A model generated the notes under the pieces. That model searched no databases and was not told the origin of the DNA. It was given only the letters and a program-made list of their open reading frames with translations. A program made the translations under genes and the position numbers. Shown here in pieces: positions 62,901 through 64,000 of a DNA stretch of 64,000 bases (position 1 is its first letter; each line of letters opens with the position of its first letter). The DNA is from Lama guanicoe (taxonomy: Eukaryota): positions 1,736,001 through 1,800,000 of the forward strand of contig MU053304.1 of assembly GCA_013239625.1 (NCBI GenBank), in the 5' to 3' direction.

Positions 62901-62992
62901 TATCACCCCCTTTTATTCTCCCAGGATCTTTATAAAGTAGAATGTCTATTCAAAGCCTCAGGAACTTCCTTGGTGAAATCGGAAGCCAGCCC

Positions 62993-63358
62993 TGCAACAC
63001 GGAGGGCAAGACAAAACTGAAGAAGAGAGTTGACCGCTCCATATCAGCAGGTGGCAAGAGTTAACAAGCAGAGAGCTTACCCATGAGCTGCGTCTTGGGC
63101 TCCACCAGAGTAGATCTGTGTGTCCACTGTCAGAATCTTAATAGTTTATATAGAAGCCTTAACTGGGTTTAATCTCCCGTTCAGTCCAGATGGTCTCAAC
63201 ACCACCTCACTCTCTCAAATCTGCGTCCTTGAAACTGCTCACTGTATGAGTAGGTGGAAAGTATATTCCAAGGATGGAAGGGGATGAGGAGCCTGATTGC
63301 CTGGGTTCGGCTTATAGGTCAACGGGTGGTTACATCCTCTCGACGACCTCCTCCAACA
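62993..63358 (-). mobile_element. ERV-type solo LTR
   Basis: Minus strand begins tgttggaggagg and ends ttgca; tatataaa on the minus strand near 63145-63152. Confidence 0.5.
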
Positions 63359-63769
63359 TGGGTATTTCTGTCTCCATATGCTGTGGCATCTGAAGGTCAA
63401 AGAGACTGAGTAATTTGTCCACCACCATCATGGGTCCTGATACAACTGTTTCGGTTAGAGTAGGCCGTTTGGGGCTGTTCTCTAAGGCAGAAAACTGTTC
63501 ACCAGGAAATGTGTCCCTTGTCTCTGGATGGTGTGGCTGACTTTTTCTTTCATGCTGACTCCAACTTCAATCCAGCATCCAGGCCCATCCTCTGCAGGAA
63601 GCAAGAAAGTTTCCTTATATTCCTGAAAGTGGGAAGAGGCGGCAGTGACGACACTGGCTACAGGCAGCTCTGGGTGCAGAGAGCAGCATAGGGACCAACT
63701 TACCAATGACTGCAGAAAACTTAGGTTCTCTGAGGGAGAAGGTGAGTGCGGAATCATCGATAGATGCAA

Positions 63770-64000
63770 ACGGGTGCACCTCGGAGCTACTGCGGGTCCG
63801 TTCCAGACCCCGCAATGAAGTGAATATCACATCAAAGCAAGTCACAGGAATTGTTTCCCAGTGCATATAAAGTTTATGTTTACGCTATACTGTAACCTAT
63901 TCTCTGCAATATATAGCATTATGACAAAAGAAGTCGTACCTTAGTTAAAAATGCTTTGTTGCTAAAAAATGCTAACCATCATCTGAACTTTCAGTGAGTC
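63770..64000 (-). mobile_element. Tigger1-like DNA transposon end, runs off the window
   Basis: acctcggag..tgcggg..gttccagacc..gcaat...tttcccagtgcatataa...ttgctaaaaaatgctaac matches the recalled Tigger1 terminus. Confidence 0.75.

Noticed and set aside
39200..64000. A second protein-coding gene or DNER first exon downstream of TRIP12
   Set aside because: No CpG-island promoter, spliceable coding exons or recognisable protein; ORFs are short and mostly repeat-derived.

Overview
This is mammalian genomic DNA, probably camelid judging by its tRNA-derived Vic-1-like SINEs. Bases 335-35439 (+) hold the last 24 coding exons of TRIP12, a HECT E3 ubiquitin ligase. They splice into one uninterrupted frame of 3554 nt (about 1183 aa plus stop), ending in the HECT domain with the catalytic Cys at 35335-35337. 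A 3' UTR follows, with poly(A) signal candidates at 35758, 36604/36608 and 39100. The rest (about 39.2-64 kb) is non-coding and rich in repeats (L1, L2, MIR, ERV/MaLR LTRs, hAT and Tigger DNA transposons); by human synteny it should lie upstream of DNER. I found no credible new biological system. The best observations are a GC-AG intron, a tandem in-frame alternative acceptor (rare GAG vs CAG), short GC/CpG bursts coinciding with amino-acid changes in a very conserved protein (possible GC-biased gene conversion), an internally deleted SINE 5 nt from a splice donor, a strong intronic CTCF motif, and a 517/521-bp tandem duplication that may be an assembly artefact. Comparisons to human TRIP12 and repeat consensus sequences are from memory, not alignment, and repeat boundaries are approximate unless target-site duplications (TSDs) are given.
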